Of a DNA stretch of 32,000 bases, positions 30,616 through 32,000 are shown piece after piece. This DNA is from Candidatus Saccharimonadota bacterium (GTDB taxonomy: Bacteria > Patescibacteriota > Gracilibacteria > BD1-5 > UBA6164): positions 750,001 to 782,000 of the forward strand of contig OZ245922.1 in the NCBI GenBank assembly GCA_965229705.1. The letters run 5' to 3'. Under the pieces are notes generated by a model, which saw only the letters and a list, made by a program, of their open reading frames with translations, made no database searches and was not told the origin of the DNA. Made by a program: the position numbers and the translations under genes. How positions within the stretch are numbered: the stretch's first letter is position 1; each line of letters opens with the position of its first letter.

Positions 30616-32000
30616 TTACAAATGATTTTGTTCCCATTCTTGAAGAGCCTGTGTACTTTCAAGAACAAATTTTGTGTCTACTTCTCTCCCTCATAAGAGA
30701 ATAAAAATATGTATTTCTCACTTTTCTTGTACTGAGAGAAAATCTTTGAGATCATGAATTTGATCAAGAGAGGTGCCTTGTGGTATTTCTACAATATATT
30801 TTCATGATTCTTGAGAAATCATTTTTTCTACTTTTTCATATTTATTTTCTTCTATTTTGGCTTCGAGTTTTTTTTCAAAAACCTCTTCAGAGTCTCCCTC
30901 TCATTTGGCAACTTCACTTTCACGCTCTTTCTCCTCAAAAGAGGAGGACGATAAAAACGCTAAGTCTCTTTTTGAGGTGTCAAAGAGATTCATATCTCGA
31001 GCCTGAGCTCTTAGCTGTGTAAGCGTTGCTGTTATGATTTTTCGGGCACGAATATTTTTTCTCCTATACTCAAAATTTATATCCAAACTTCACTCTACAA
31101 TCACTATTTTTCATACTGTTACTGTATCTTTATACTCGTCATAGTCTCTGTCAAAAATCGTAACTTCAAAATCATATGCATATGACTCACAATAAAGAAA
31201 CAACATATTTTTTCCTGTTTTTGTCACAACTTTTCTTATGTCCATAACGATTCCTACTGTTTGAAGTTGCTGTTTTTTCAAATCTTGCTCAAATTTTTCC
31301 TCATCTTTTTGATAAATCTTTTGAAGCTCTTCCAACCTCATTTGTAGATACTGAGTAGATCGAGATCTTCGAGAAATATATGTTCTTAATCCGTCAAGCG
31401 GGTGTCCAGATACCATATAACCAAGTACTTCTCTTTCTCAAAAAAGTCGCTCTTCATAGGTCATGTGCTGTCATTTTCTGAGAGAAAAACTCTCGTCAAA
31501 AACCTCTCATCAAAGACCTGAGTCAAATAGTCCCATTTGCATTGAGTCTTTCTTCTTTTCTTCATTTTTACTCATTCGAATCATATCATCGATATTTGCA
31601 AAGAGATCTGCTCTTTCGCCAAACTGATCCATTGCTCAGGCAAGTATCATCGCCTCAAGAGACTTTTTGAGCATCACTTCACGTCCTCATCGCTTCACAA
31701 AGTCATCAATATGCTCAAAAGGTTTTTCTTTTCGAGCTGCAAGTATCGCGTCAATAGGTCCATCTCAGAGTCATTTTATAGCTTTAAGTCCGAAACGGAT
31801 ATGACTATCATCAATATAGGTAAAATGTTTGAGAGACTCATTTACATCTGGTCTGAGTACCTCAATATTATGAGACTTCGCTTCTGCAACTTCAAGAATA
31901 ATACGGTCCATATTTTCCTCATCTGAGATCATCATAGAAGTGAGAAACTCTGTTCTATAATGCGCCTTAAGATACGCTGTCTGGTAGGCAATAAGAGCAT
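30616..32000 (-). CDS. dnaE: DNA polymerase III alpha subunit, C-terminal part (the 5' end lies beyond the window)
   Basis: The minus frame is open from the window end to the TAA at 30616-30618 with TGA as sense. It reads ALIAYQTAYLKAHYRTEFLTSMMISDEENMDRI...IRFGLKAIKG-LGDG...GYMVSGHPLDGLR, followed by an OB-fold segment (QTVGIVMDIRKVVTKTGKNMLF). Confidence 0.9.

Noticed and set aside
1-32000. Interpreting the heavy ORF fragmentation as genome decay or pseudogenisation, or as poor assembly
   Set aside because: All breaks within a given gene stay in one frame, and all are TGA. None are TAA or TAG, and none are frameshifts. They also coincide with conserved Gly positions. A reassigned codon explains everything; decay would give mixed stop types and frameshifts.

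Overview
This is an AT-rich, very gene-dense bacterial window that only makes sense if UGA is read as glycine (translation table 25, used by Candidatus Gracilibacteria/Absconditabacteria, CPR/Patescibacteria). The supplied standard-code ORF track therefore breaks almost every gene into pieces. I re-walked the frames using TAA and TAG as the only stops.

What the window contains:
- 1..10863 (-): one giant surface-protein gene of at least 3,621 codons, truncated by the window edge.
- About 11.1-24.0 kb: an accessory locus built around a His-Gly-Ser repeat peptide (HxsA-like, one HCS then 14 HGS). It also holds an HxsB-like radical SAM enzyme, two HxsD-like proteins, three further radical SAM enzymes, a PEP-utilising (swivelling-His) enzyme, an extended A24 prepilin-peptidase-like protein, a TPR lipoprotein, a polytopic membrane protein and unknowns.
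- 24.3-32 kb: housekeeping genes, namely a small lipoprotein, rpsF-ssb-rpsR, a membrane protein, a gene split by an in-frame TAG, typA/bipA, a methyltransferase, an SDR oxidoreductase and the 3' part of dnaE.

A roughly 105-bp element with terminal inverted repeats and an internal hairpin occurs five times in intergenic spacers. I recognised no rRNA, tRNA, CRISPR array or transposase. Start codons are my best guesses. All family assignments come from motifs read by eye, not from searches.
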